Shown piece by piece: positions 56,013 to 64,000 of a stretch of DNA of 64,000 nucleotides (position 1 is the first letter of the stretch; each line of letters opens with the position of its first letter). The notes beneath the pieces were generated by a model that had not been told where the DNA came from, did not search any database, and saw nothing but the letters and a program-made list of their open reading frames with translations. Where the stretch lies: contig JAUYJB010000177.1 of the NCBI GenBank assembly GCA_030688605.1, positions 11,525-75,524 of the forward strand. Direction: 5' to 3'. The stretch comes from Hyphomicrobiales bacterium (lineage in GTDB: Bacteria; Pseudomonadota; Alphaproteobacteria; Rhizobiales; NORP267). A program made the translations under genes and the position numbers.

Positions 56013-56130
56013 CTAGAGCGCATTTCGTGAAACCGGAGTCACTCAAAGCGCTCTAACTTTTTTATTTTACGCGCATTTTTGTCCGAAAACCGGTTCCCAC
56101 TTTTCGGAATGCGCTTTAGAGCGGTTCTAG
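56013..56130. mobile_element. MITE-like element, family 2 (118 bp, CTAG at both ends, imperfect terminal inverted repeats)
   Basis: Left end CTAGAGCGCATTTCGTGAAACCGG. The right end reads, as reverse complement, CTAGAACCGCTCTAAAGCGCATTCCGAAAAGTGGGAACCGG. AT-rich centre. It shares TAGAGCGGTTC with the family 1 termini. Confidence 0.6.
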
Positions 56131-56142
56131 AACACGATCCGC

Positions 56143-56430
56143 TCAGCCGCCGGACATCGCCGTCAGCACGTAGACCGTCGCGCCGTCGGGCAGTGGAGTC
56201 TTGAGGGTCGCCCGCCGTCCTTCGACGAAGACGTTGATGTTGCGCCGGATTTGCGGCGTCGAATCGCGCAGACGGTCGCGCATGCCCGGCCAGCGGGAGT
56301 CCAGCGCGTCGAGCATATGGCCGACCGTCGAAGCGGCAAGCTCCACCTCTCCCACGGAACCCGGAAACAGGCTCACCAGGGCGCCGGGAAGCACGACCGT
56401 GACGGTCGGCGCTGCGGTGTCGTCCGGCAT
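56143..56430 (-). CDS. MoaD/ThiS-family ubiquitin-fold protein ending in Gly-Gly
   Basis: Part of ORF 56143..56451. ATG at 56430 after AGGAGAGG. 95 aa. INVFVEGRRATLKTPLPDGATVYVLTAMSGG matches the MoaD/ThiS C-terminal pattern. Confidence 0.7.
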   Translation of the reverse strand: MPDDTAAPTVTVVLPGALVSLFPGSVGEVELAASTVGHMLDALDSRWPGMRDRLRDSTPQIRRNINVFVEGRRATLKTPLPDGATVYVLTAMSGG

Positions 56431-56456
56431 TGGGCAAACCTCTCCTGCCACGCACT

Positions 56457-57539
56457 CTACGCGTCGACAACCAGCGTCTCAATCGAGGTGATGATGGGCA
56501 TATGCTCGGCGATGCACCGCCAGCTGTCGCCCTCGTCGATGCTGGCGAACAACGAGCCTGAATTGGTGCCGAAATAGATCCCTGCCGGCTCGAGCGGGTC
56601 GGTCGCCATGGCCTGGCGCAACACGGCGCAAAAGGCGTTCTTCTGGGGCAGCCCCCGGCGAAGGGCCTCCCAGCTCGCGCCGCCGTCGCGCGTGCGCCAC
56701 ACCGCCGCCTTGCCGTCGGGCACGTAGCGGCCGAGCACGTCGCCGTTGAGCGGGATGAGGTAGAGGGTCTCGGGGTCGCGGGGATGGACCGCGGACGGAA
56801 AGCCGAAAGTGGAGGGCAGGCCCGCCTCGATGCTTTCCCACTTCTTGCCGCCGTCCGCGCTGCGATACATGCCGCAATGGTTCTGCTGATAGAGACGGTC
56901 GGGCATGCCCGGCGCCATGACGATCGAGTGCACGCACTGGCCATGCTCGGCATAGCGCTGACCCTCGGGAAGATAGTCGTTGCGCGTGCCCCGGTTGCGC
57001 GCCTCCCAGCTCGCGCCGCCGTCGCCCGAATGGAAGACGCCGCCGGCGGAGACCGCGACCCAGAGCTGCTTCTCGTCTTCGGGATGACGAAGGATCGAAT
57101 GCAGGATGAGGCCGCCGCCGCCCGGCGTCCAGTCGGAGCGGGAGGGGTGCTTCTGCAATCCGTCGATGTGCCGCCAGGTCAGGCCCGCATCGTTGCTGCC
57201 GAACAGGCCGGCCGGCTCGACGCCGGCATGGAGCCTTTCCCCGTTCGGCGCCACGCACCAGACCGATCTGATCGGAACTTCCCCTTCGGCATAGGCGAGA
57301 CCCTCGCTCGAATGCGACCAGCTGTTGCCGAGGTCGGTGGATTTCCAGACCGCCGGGCCGAACCATTCGTTGCCGCCGCCGGCATAGATGGTGCCGGTCG
57401 CAGCCTCGGCGATGACGTGATTGATCGGCCAGGCTTCGCAATACGGCCCGCCGAGCTCCCAGGAACGCCGTCTCGGATTGCCTTCGAGGATAAAGGCGCC
57501 CTTCCTCGTTCCTACCAGAATGAGGACCTTCTTCGCCAT
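56457..57539 (-). CDS. BNR/Asp-box repeat beta-propeller protein (sialidase-fold, no signal peptide)
   Basis: Part of ORF 56457..57605. ATG at 57539 after AGGGAGG. Six Asp-boxes: STDLGNSW, SNDAGLTW, SGDGGASW, SADGGKKW, TRDGGASW, SIDEGDSW. Confidence 0.8.
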   Translation of the reverse strand: MAKKVLILVGTRKGAFILEGNPRRRSWELGGPYCEAWPINHVIAEAATGTIYAGGGNEWFGPAVWKSTDLGNSWSHSSEGLAYAEGEVPIRSVWCVAPNGERLHAGVEPAGLFGSNDAGLTWRHIDGLQKHPSRSDWTPGGGGLILHSILRHPEDEKQLWVAVSAGGVFHSGDGGASWEARNRGTRNDYLPEGQRYAEHGQCVHSIVMAPGMPDRLYQQNHCGMYRSADGGKKWESIEAGLPSTFGFPSAVHPRDPETLYLIPLNGDVLGRYVPDGKAAVWRTRDGGASWEALRRGLPQKNAFCAVLRQAMATDPLEPAGIYFGTNSGSLFASIDEGDSWRCIAEHMPIITSIETLVVDA

Positions 57540-57816
57540 TTTCCGCCTCCCTTGCGCACCGAACGGCCGCTGCGCGGGCTTTGTCCGTCTATGGCCTTGG
57601 AGCATCCGACCGCCGCCAGACGGTAGTTTGTCCGGGCCAATATCTGCAAGCGACGATTGCGTGATCGCTTCGGCGTTGACGCGGTCACGGCCCCGATCTT
57701 GTCGCCAACGACGATGGCGGAAAATGGGCCTGAGCGGGGCATTTCACGTCTTGCCCTGAGCAGGGAGGCAGGCCATGCTTCCCATTCGCGATCTCGCGCA
57801 AAAAGGGAGGACCACG

Positions 57817-58254
57817 ATGAAACGCCACGCATCCGCCGTCTGGAAGGGAGACATCAAGCAGGGGAAGGGGCGCGTTTCCGTCCAGTCCGGCGCCCTCAGG
57901 GACCAGCCCTACTCGGCCCACAGCCGGTTCGAGGACGAGGAGGGACGCTCCGGCACCAACCCGGACGAGCTGATCGCCGCCGCCCATGCGAGCTGTTTCG
58001 CCATGCAGCTTTCCGCCTTTCTCTCCCGTGAGGGCCATCCGCCCGACGAGCTCAGTGCCAAAGCGGTGGTTGAGATCATCCCAGGCGAGGGGATCAAGAG
58101 CAGCCGTCTGACGCTCGACGCCAAGGTGCCGGGGATAACGGCGGAAAAATTCAAGGAGCTGGCGAACAAGGCCAAGGCCGAGTGCCCGGTCTCCAAGGCG
58201 CTCGGCGCCATCGAGGTCGCCCTGGAAGCGAGGCTCTTGGGCCAGAGCGGTTAA
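57817..58254 (+). CDS. osmC: OsmC-family peroxiredoxin
   Basis: Part of ORF 57775..58254. ATG at 57817 after AGGGAGG. Conserved cysteines in HASCFAM and AECPVSKAL. Confidence 0.9.
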   Translation: MKRHASAVWKGDIKQGKGRVSVQSGALRDQPYSAHSRFEDEEGRSGTNPDELIAAAHASCFAMQLSAFLSREGHPPDELSAKAVVEIIPGEGIKSSRLTLDAKVPGITAEKFKELANKAKAECPVSKALGAIEVALEARLLGQSG

Positions 58255-59000
58255 TCTTCTTCTTCGAGCAGCCGTTGTTCGACGGCCGCGAGCCGGCGTA
58301 CCCGTTCCAGATCCTCCAGCGTGTCGACGCCGAGCGCCTTGTGCTCGGTCAGGCCGACATAATATTTCAGTCCCAGCTCCAGCCCGCGAAGCTGCTCCAG
58401 ATCCTCGGCGATCTCGAGCGCCGTCGGCGGCGAGAGGACGAACTTTTCCAGGGCTTCGTAGCGGTAGGCGTAAAAGCCGAAATGGTGCTTGACGGTCTTG
58501 GCCCGGTAGGGGATCGGCGCGCGGCAGAAATAAAGCGCCTGGCCCTTGGCGTCGGTGACCGCCTTGACGCAATTGGGGCTGGCGATGATTTGCGGGTCCT
58601 CGGTCACATGGCAGAAGGTGACGATGTCCGGCCAGCCGAGCTCGAAGGCCTTGGCCGCCTCGACGATCAGATCGGGGGGAAAGAACGGCTCGTCGCCCTG
58701 CACGTTCATGACGATGTCGGGTTTTTTCGTGCCTTTTTTCATCAGCTTCTGCAGCGCCTGCCAGACCCTGTCCGATCCGCGCGGCAGCTGCGGGTCGGTC
58801 AGCACGGCCTTGCCGCCGGCGGCCTTGACGGCCTCGACGATTTCGGCGTCGCCGCAGGCCACCGTCACCGGGCCGAGGTCGGCCTTGCAGGCCTGTTCCC
58901 AGGCGCGGACGATCATCGGCTTGCCGCCGATGTCCATCAGCGCCTTGCCCGGCAACCGGGTGCTTTGCAGGCGGCTCGGAATGAGCGTGTGAATGCGCAT
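58251..59000 (-). CDS. kdsB: 3-deoxy-manno-octulosonate cytidylyltransferase (CMP-KDO synthetase)
   Basis: ORF 58251..59012, with ATG at 59000. IPSRLQSTRLPGKAL and NVQGDEPF motifs. Confidence 0.9.
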   Translation of the reverse strand: MRIHTLIPSRLQSTRLPGKALMDIGGKPMIVRAWEQACKADLGPVTVACGDAEIVEAVKAAGGKAVLTDPQLPRGSDRVWQALQKLMKKGTKKPDIVMNVQGDEPFFPPDLIVEAAKAFELGWPDIVTFCHVTEDPQIIASPNCVKAVTDAKGQALYFCRAPIPYRAKTVKHHFGFYAYRYEALEKFVLSPPTALEIAEDLEQLRGLELGLKYYVGLTEHKALGVDTLEDLERVRRLAAVEQRLLEEED

Positions 59001-59040
59001 GGGTGTTTCCAAAAGCCCCCGTCGATAGGATCCGTTCCGT

Positions 59041-59343
59041 TCACGTCGCGCTCAGCAGCAGCATGCCGAGCAGGGTTACGATCCGTGCCAGATCCGCCCA
59101 TTTCCGCGGCCCCTGATAGCGGGCGGCGCTGCGCCAGACGGCAACGATCATTAAGACGTTATAGGGAACGGGCAAGAGAAAAACCGGGATGAACAGCCAC
59201 GGGCTCATCTCGATCGCGGCCAGCATCGCAAAGGCGAACGTCGCCACGATATTCGCCAGCAATCCGTAAAAGACGGCATATTGCCAGAACGCCACCGGCA
59301 AAGGGACCTCGCCGGCCCACAGTGCTTTGATCTTTTCCGCCAT
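59041..59343 (-). CDS. small hypothetical membrane protein (100 aa)
   Basis: Part of ORF 59041..59469, ATG at 59343. Three hydrophobic segments. Confidence 0.5.
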   Translation of the reverse strand: MAEKIKALWAGEVPLPVAFWQYAVFYGLLANIVATFAFAMLAAIEMSPWLFIPVFLLPVPYNVLMIVAVWRSAARYQGPRKWADLARIVTLLGMLLLSAT

Positions 59344-59359
59344 AGCCGGATTGTCCGTA

Positions 59360-60292
59360 TCACACCTTCCCTTCGACATAGGCGCGGACCAGATGGTGCG
59401 CGATGGCGAAGGAGAACGGCGTGAACAACCCGTCGGAATGGCTCTGGGCCAGCATTGCGCCGGCCTCATCGCGGGTGAACCAGCGGGCGTCCTCCAGCTC
59501 GGTCTCGTCGACGGTTATGTCATCGCTCAGCCCCCGCGCGTGGCAGCCGATCATCAGGGCGGACGGAAACGGCCAGGGCTGGCTCGAATGGTAGCGAACC
59601 TCGCCGACCCTGATGCCGGCCTCCTCCAGGACCTCGCGGCGCACGGACTCTTCCAGCGATTCGCCGGGCTCGATGAAGCCGGCGAGTGCCGAATACAAAT
59701 TGCGGGTGAAATGGCGCTGGCGGGCGAGCAGGCATTTCTCGCCGCGGTGGACGAGCATGATGGCGACCGGGTCGACGCGGGGAAAATGCCAGCGATCGCA
59801 GGAAGGGCAGATGCGTTTGGCGCCGCCGTCGGCGACCTCCGTCGCGGTGCCGCAATTGGCGCAGAAGGCGTGGTGGCGGTGCCACTCCAGGAGCGACTTG
59901 GCAAGGCCGATGCGGGCGAGCGGCTCGGGCGCGATCCGCGCTTGAATGCCGAGGACGCGCACATCCTCGAATGCCCCATCGCCGCAGACGACGGCGTCGT
60001 CGGGCAGCGCGTGGGCGAAGAGCGGCGTGCCGGCGGCATCGAGGCCGAGAAACAGCGCCTTGGCCGCGGCGCCGGGCCCGATCCGGTCGAGCGCCTCGGC
60101 GCTCAGGAAAACCGGCTGGGTGACGCCGCCGCCGGTGTCGAGATGAACCAGCGGGCGGGTCTTCTGGAACACCAGGAAGCGCGCTTCCGGCTGCGCCCGC
60201 AGTGCCTCGATCCAGGCCTGATCGGTGCGCCTGTCGGTTGCCCGGTCAAGCCCGTGGCCGGTGAAGATGTGCCGGTGGTCGCTCATGGACAC
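59360..60292 (-). CDS. nudC: NAD+ diphosphatase (NADH pyrophosphatase) NudC
   Basis: ORF 59360..60292, with a GTG at 60292 or an ATG at 60286. Zinc ribbon CANCG...CPSC. Nudix box GFIEPGESLEESVRREVLEEAGI. Confidence 0.88.
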   Translation of the reverse strand: MSMSDHRHIFTGHGLDRATDRRTDQAWIEALRAQPEARFLVFQKTRPLVHLDTGGGVTQPVFLSAEALDRIGPGAAAKALFLGLDAAGTPLFAHALPDDAVVCGDGAFEDVRVLGIQARIAPEPLARIGLAKSLLEWHRHHAFCANCGTATEVADGGAKRICPSCDRWHFPRVDPVAIMLVHRGEKCLLARQRHFTRNLYSALAGFIEPGESLEESVRREVLEEAGIRVGEVRYHSSQPWPFPSALMIGCHARGLSDDITVDETELEDARWFTRDEAGAMLAQSHSDGLFTPFSFAIAHHLVRAYVEGKV

Positions 60293-60378
60293 CCTGTCAT
60301 AGCCCGGCCATGGCCAGGCTTGAAGCGGGAAATGGTCACACGCTTGCGCTTCACCCCGCGATGGCCGATATAGGGCGC

Positions 60379-60475
60379 GGGAGGTTGGCGGCGGACGAGC
60401 CGCTCGCCAACCGGGTCAGGTCCGGAAGGAAGCAGCCCCAACGAGACCGGCACGGGTTGTCGTCCAGCCTCCCAC
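60379..60475 (+). ncRNA. ffs: signal recognition particle RNA (4.5S/SRP RNA, ffs)
   Basis: Contains the universally conserved domain IV sequence GGGUCAGGUCCGGAAGGAAGCAGCC. The 5' GGGAGGUUGG pairs with the 3' CCAGCCUCCC. It sits in the classic position immediately upstream of dnaX. Ends are approximate. Confidence 0.85.
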
Positions 60476-60511
60476 CGGGGCGCCGAAAAGGTCCGGGGCC
60501 GGGGAGGCCGA

Positions 60512-62320
60512 ATGACCGACGTACCATCGACCGGCGAGACCCGCGCGGCGGGCACGCCCTATCGCGTGCTGGCGCGCAAGTACCGGCCGCAGACCTTCGA
60601 CGAGCTGATCGGCCAGGACGCCATGGTGCGGACGCTGACCAACGCCTTCGACACCGGCCGCATCGCCCAGGCCTACATGCTGACCGGCGTGCGCGGCGTC
60701 GGCAAGACGACGACGGCGCGGATCATCGCCCGCGCCCTCAACTATTCGCTGCCCGGAAAGGCGGACGCGCCGACCGTCCACATGGACGAGCCCGGCGAGC
60801 ATTGCCAGGCGATCATGGAATCGCGCCATGTCGACGTGGTCGAGCTCGATGCCGCCTCCCATACCGGCATCGACGACATCCGCGAGATCATCGAGAGCGC
60901 CCGCTACCGGCCGGTCTCGGCGCGCACCAAGGTCTATATCATCGACGAGGTGCACATGCTCTCCAAGCAGGCCTTCAACGGCCTGCTGAAAACGCTGGAA
61001 GAGCCGCCCGAGCACGTCAAGTTCATCTTCGCCACCACCGAGATCCGAAAAGTGCCGATCACCGTTCTGTCGCGCTGCCAGCGCTTCGATCTGCGCCGCA
61101 TCGACTCTGGCGTGCTGGCGGCCTTCCTCAGGGACATCCTCGCCAAGGAGAAGGTCGAGGCCGACGAAGAGGCGCTGGCGCTGATCGCCCGGGCGGCGGA
61201 GGGCTCGGCCCGCGACGCGCTGTCGATCCTCGACCAGGCGATCGCCCATGCTGCGGGCAGGGTCGCGGCGGAAGAGGTGCGCGACATGCTGGGGCTCGCC
61301 GACCGGGCCCGCGTCATCGAGCTGTTCACGGCGGTGATGGCAGGCGACGTGGCTGGGGCGCTCAAGGAGCTGAAGGCGCAATACGATGCCGGCGCCGACC
61401 CGGCCGTGGTGCTTTCCGACCTCGCGGCGCTGACCCATTTCATTACCCGCGTCAAATATGTGCCGGAGGCGGCCGGCGACCCGAGCCTTGCCGAGGGCGA
61501 GCGCCGCGCGGCGCAGGACTTCGCCGAAAAGCTCGACGCCCGGGTTTTGGCGCGCAGCTGGCAGATGCTGCTCAAGGGGCTCGGCGAATGCCAGACCGCT
61601 CCCCGCCCGCTTGCCGCCGCCGAGATGGTGCTGGTCAGGCTTGCCCATGCGGCGGGCCTGCCGACCCCGGACGAGCTGATCCGGGCGCTCGGCGACGGCG
61701 GGGACGGGACGCAGGCCGCCCGCCCGGCCACGCCGGCACGGCAACCCGCCGGCGCCACGGCCAAGGCGCGCAACGCGCCTCCTTTGTCGAGAGGCCCTGG
61801 GGGCGGCGCGCGCATGGGTGGCGGCGACGTGCGCCCCGTCATGGCGGCGCGGCCGGACAGCGATGCGCTGCCCGAGGAAGGAACGCCCATCGCCTGCCTT
61901 GCCGACATCGTTGCGCTGGCGGCGGCCGAGCGCGACCTGCCGCTCAAGATCGCGCTCGAAGAGAGGGTGCGGCTCGTGCGCCTGGAGCCGGGACGGCTCG
62001 AGATCGATATCGACGAAGGCGCCCCGGCCGATCTTGCCAACCGTCTGTCGGGTCTCCTGAAACTGTGGACCGGCGCGCGCTGGATGGTGGTGGTGGCGAG
62101 CGGGCGCGGCGGGCCGACGCTGGCCGAAGAGGCGCGCGCCAAACGCGAGGCCCGCTTTGCGGAAGCTGCCGCCGATCCCGTCGTGCGCCGCCTGCTCGAC
62201 CGCTTCCCCGGCGCCGAGATCGTCGATGTGCGCGACAAGCCGGTTGCCGGAGACGGCGCGCCGGGAGACTTTGCCGATGAACCCGATGAACCCGATGAAC
62301 CCGATGACTTCGATGACTAG
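60512..62320 (+). CDS. dnaX: DNA polymerase III subunits gamma/tau
   Basis: ORF 60512..62320. YRVLARKYRPQTFDELIGQ. P-loop GVRGVGKTT. Acidic C-terminal tail. Confidence 0.95.
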   Translation: MTDVPSTGETRAAGTPYRVLARKYRPQTFDELIGQDAMVRTLTNAFDTGRIAQAYMLTGVRGVGKTTTARIIARALNYSLPGKADAPTVHMDEPGEHCQAIMESRHVDVVELDAASHTGIDDIREIIESARYRPVSARTKVYIIDEVHMLSKQAFNGLLKTLEEPPEHVKFIFATTEIRKVPITVLSRCQRFDLRRIDSGVLAAFLRDILAKEKVEADEEALALIARAAEGSARDALSILDQAIAHAAGRVAAEEVRDMLGLADRARVIELFTAVMAGDVAGALKELKAQYDAGADPAVVLSDLAALTHFITRVKYVPEAAGDPSLAEGERRAAQDFAEKLDARVLARSWQMLLKGLGECQTAPRPLAAAEMVLVRLAHAAGLPTPDELIRALGDGGDGTQAARPATPARQPAGATAKARNAPPLSRGPGGGARMGGGDVRPVMAARPDSDALPEEGTPIACLADIVALAAAERDLPLKIALEERVRLVRLEPGRLEIDIDEGAPADLANRLSGLLKLWTGARWMVVVASGRGGPTLAEEARAKREARFAEAAADPVVRRLLDRFPGAEIVDVRDKPVAGDGAPGDFADEPDEPDEPDDFDD

Positions 62321-62352
62321 CGCATGATGATTTTAAGTCGACGCGCAACCAT

Positions 62353-62537
62353 CCCTCCTCCCTTGCGGGGGAGGACGAAAAATCAATGCGTTGGCGGCGC
62401 GTCAGCGGCGCCAAGCGCTGGATTTTTCAGGAGGGGGGGACATGCCGCCGATCCCCCTCCTGCAAAATTCAAGGGTTAGCCTCGCGAAGCTCGGCTAACA
62501 CCTTAATTTTGCTTTCTCCCCCGCAAGGGGGGAGAAG
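62353..62537. repeat. cluster of five GC-rich REP-like hairpins in the dnaX-ybaB spacer
   Basis: The five hairpins are: CCCTCCTCCC-TTGC-GGGGGAGG (62353..62374); a long imperfect hairpin GAAAAATC...GATTTTTC (62377..62428); CAGGAGGGGG/CCCCCTCCTG (62428..62462); GTTAGCC/GGCTAAC (62475..62499); and TTCTCCCCC-GCAA-GGGGGAGAA (62513..62537). Confidence 0.7.
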
Positions 62538-62613
62538 AATATTAGAGAGCGAGGGCGAGGGAAGAAACCGTCGATGACCCGATGGTATGAGCTGTGAAAG
62601 AAAGGCCTGAGCC

Positions 62614-62934
62614 GTGATCAAGAATTTCTCCAGCATGCTCAAACAGGCCCAGGAGCTGCAGGGCCGCATGGCCGAGATGCAGGCCGAGCTCGAGCGCATC
62701 GAGGTCGAGGGCGCGGCCGGCGGCGGGCTCGTGCGCGTCACGCTGTCGGGCAAGGGCGACCTGAAGTCCGTCTCCATCGACCCGAGCCTCGCCAAGCCCG
62801 AGGATGTCGAGATCGTCGAGGACCTGATCGTCGCCGCCCATGGCGAGGCCAAGCGCAAGCTTGAAGCTCAGCTGCGGGAAAGGATGAAGGCGCTGACGGG
62901 CGGCCTGCCGCTGCCGCCGGGTCTCGGCCTTTGA
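62614..62934 (+). CDS. ybaB: YbaB/EbfC-family nucleoid-associated protein
   Basis: ORF 62614..62934, with a GTG start and an alternative ATG 7 codons in. MLKQAQELQGRMAEMQAEL motif. Lies between dnaX and recR. Confidence 0.9.
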   Translation: MIKNFSSMLKQAQELQGRMAEMQAELERIEVEGAAGGGLVRVTLSGKGDLKSVSIDPSLAKPEDVEIVEDLIVAAHGEAKRKLEAQLRERMKALTGGLPLPPGLGL

Positions 62935-62949
62935 GCAGTTTCTCCGTCC

Positions 62950-63555
62950 ATGCCCCGTAGCGCCGCCGGCCCCGAGATCGAGCGTCTGATCCACCTGCTG
63001 GCGCGCCTGCCGGGGCTTGGGCCGCGCTCGGCGCGCCGCGCGGCGCTCTATCTCATCAAGCGCAAGGACGAACTGCTCGAGCCGTTGGCCGCCGCCCTGA
63101 AGCTTGCCGGCGAGCGCATCCTCGTCTGCTCGACCTGCGGCAATATCGACACCGCCGACCCCTGCGCCATCTGCGCCGATCCGCGCCGCGACGCCTCGGT
63201 CATCTGCGTCGTCGAGGACGTCGCCGACCTGTGGGCGCTGGAACGGGCCGCCGCCATCGACGCCCGCTACCACGTGCTCGGCGGCGTCCTGTCGCCGCTC
63301 GACGGCATCGGCCCGGACGAGCTCAACATCGCCGCCCTGATCGCGCGCGCCGGAGCCGATGAGGTCAAGGAGGTGCTGCTCGCCGTCAACGCCACGGTCG
63401 AGGGCCAGACCACGGCGCACTACATCACCGACCTTCTCGCCGGCAGCGGCGTCAAGGTCTCGCGGCTCGCCCACGGCGTGCCGGTCGGCGGCGAGCTCGA
63501 CTATCTCGACGAGGGCACGCTCGCCGCCGCGGTCAGGCAGCGCACCGAATTCTAG
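62950..63555 (+). CDS. recR: recombination protein RecR
   Basis: ORF 62950..63555. HhH N-terminus. C4 zinc finger [16 protein letters not shown]. Toprim domain. Confidence 0.95.
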   Translation: MPRSAAGPEIERLIHLLARLPGLGPRSARRAALYLIKRKDELLEPLAAALKLAGERILVCSTCGNIDTADPCAICADPRRDASVICVVEDVADLWALERAAAIDARYHVLGGVLSPLDGIGPDELNIAALIARAGADEVKEVLLAVNATVEGQTTAHYITDLLAGSGVKVSRLAHGVPVGGELDYLDEGTLAAAVRQRTEF

Positions 63556-63580
63556 TCTTGTCGACATCGGCCAGGCGATT

Positions 63581-63601
63581 CATGTAAAACCCCTTTACAT
63601 G
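63581..63601. promoter_or_regulatory. palindrome CATGTAAA-ACCCC-TTTACATG overlapping the tetR start codon (candidate autoregulatory operator)
   Basis: 8-bp perfect arms read directly from the sequence. The right arm contains the ATG at 63599. Confidence 0.35.
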
Positions 63602-64000
63602 AAATGGACCGGACATGGCCGCCGGGCGCGGCGCGGATACCACCACGGAAACCTGCCCGAGGCGCTGGTTCAGGCGGCGCTGAAGCTGATCGTGGACAAG
63701 GGGCCGGCCGGCTTCACCTTCGCGGAAGCCGCGCGGTCGGCCGGCGTCAGCCCGGCCGCGCCCTACCGCCACTACCGCGACCGCGACGCGCTGATGGCGG
63801 AAGTCGCGCGGCGCGGCTTCGAGCGCTTCGCGGCGGGGCTGGCGCGCGCCTGGAACGACGGCGACCCCGACCCGCTGACCGCCTTTCACAATGTCGGACG
63901 GGCCTACCTCGCCTTCGCGCGCGCCGAGCCCGCCTATTATTCGGCGATGTTCGAGGCGGGTTTGCCGCCGGACCTGAGCGCCGAGCTCGCCCGCGCCGCG
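63599..64000 (+). CDS. TetR/AcrR-family transcriptional regulator, N-terminal part (runs off the right edge)
   Basis: Hand translation gives MKWTGHGRRARRGYHHGNLPEALVQAALKLIVDKGPAGFTFAEAARSAGVSPAAPYRHYRDRDALMAEV, a typical TetR HTH. It is absent from the ORF track because there is no stop codon in the window. Confidence 0.85.
   Translation, partial: MKWTGHGRRARRGYHHGNLPEALVQAALKLIVDKGPAGFTFAEAARSAGVSPAAPYRHYRDRDALMAEVARRGFERFAAGLARAWNDGDPDPLTAFHNVGRAYLAFARAEPAYYSAMFEAGLPPDLSAELARAA

Noticed and set aside
57540-57816. Possible riboswitch in the 277-bp osmC / BNR-propeller divergent spacer
   Set aside because: I scanned both strands for B12-box, SAM-II and TPP signatures. Only vague resemblances were found (AGGGCAAGACGUGAAAUGCC). 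There is not enough evidence to report.
60512-62320. Programmed -1 frameshift site in dnaX, as in the E. coli gamma subunit
   Set aside because: No A-AAA-AAG-type slippery heptamer was seen in the gene. Alphaproteobacteria are known to generate the short form by other means.
62353-62537. CRISPR-like array
   Set aside because: The hairpins differ from each other in sequence and spacing, there are no identical direct repeats separated by unique spacers, and no cas genes are present. No CRISPR array was seen anywhere in the window.

Overview
High-GC chromosomal segment. The tRNA-His without G-1, the ffs-dnaX-ybaB-recR synteny, the TTT and TRAP-TAXI transporters and the REP-like hairpins all point to an alphaproteobacterium, probably Rhizobiales-like. 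I call about 60 coding genes. They include glcDEF (glycolate oxidase), a LysR regulator, lutABC (lactate utilisation), an Hsp20, an operon of tctCBA plus an LVIVD beta-propeller, an aldo/keto reductase and a hydrolase, and an operon of TRAP-TAXI transporter, class II aldolase and TauE. Further along are tRNA-His, a phasin and a large soluble PleC/DivJ-type histidine kinase. Two cobalamin loci are present: cobK-cbiD / cobA-cobB-cobQ-cobD-cbiB / cobU at 30.5-38.6 kb, and cbiX-cobH-cobL-cobI-cbiG::cobJ-cobM at 49.6-55.9 kb. Between them lie a gamma-glutamyl-polyamine-type module, asmA, an orphan two-module ABC permease, parDE and a visibly AT-richer islet. The right end carries a BNR-propeller/MoaD-like pair, osmC, kdsB, nudC, SRP RNA, dnaX, ybaB, recR and a partial tetR.

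No CRISPR array, prophage, intact IS or recognisable defence system was seen. The points most worth follow-up are:
- three CTAG-flanked MITE-like elements sitting on stop codons;
- a palindromic element apparently inserted in frame inside cobJ;
- a structured cbiX leader that sequesters the Shine-Dalgarno (SD) sequence but has no canonical B12 box;
- a dense inverted/direct-repeat block next to parDE;
- two uncharacterised beta-propeller gene contexts.

All coordinates and translations were worked out by hand, so start codons are approximate. The ORF track renders GTG and TTG starts as M.
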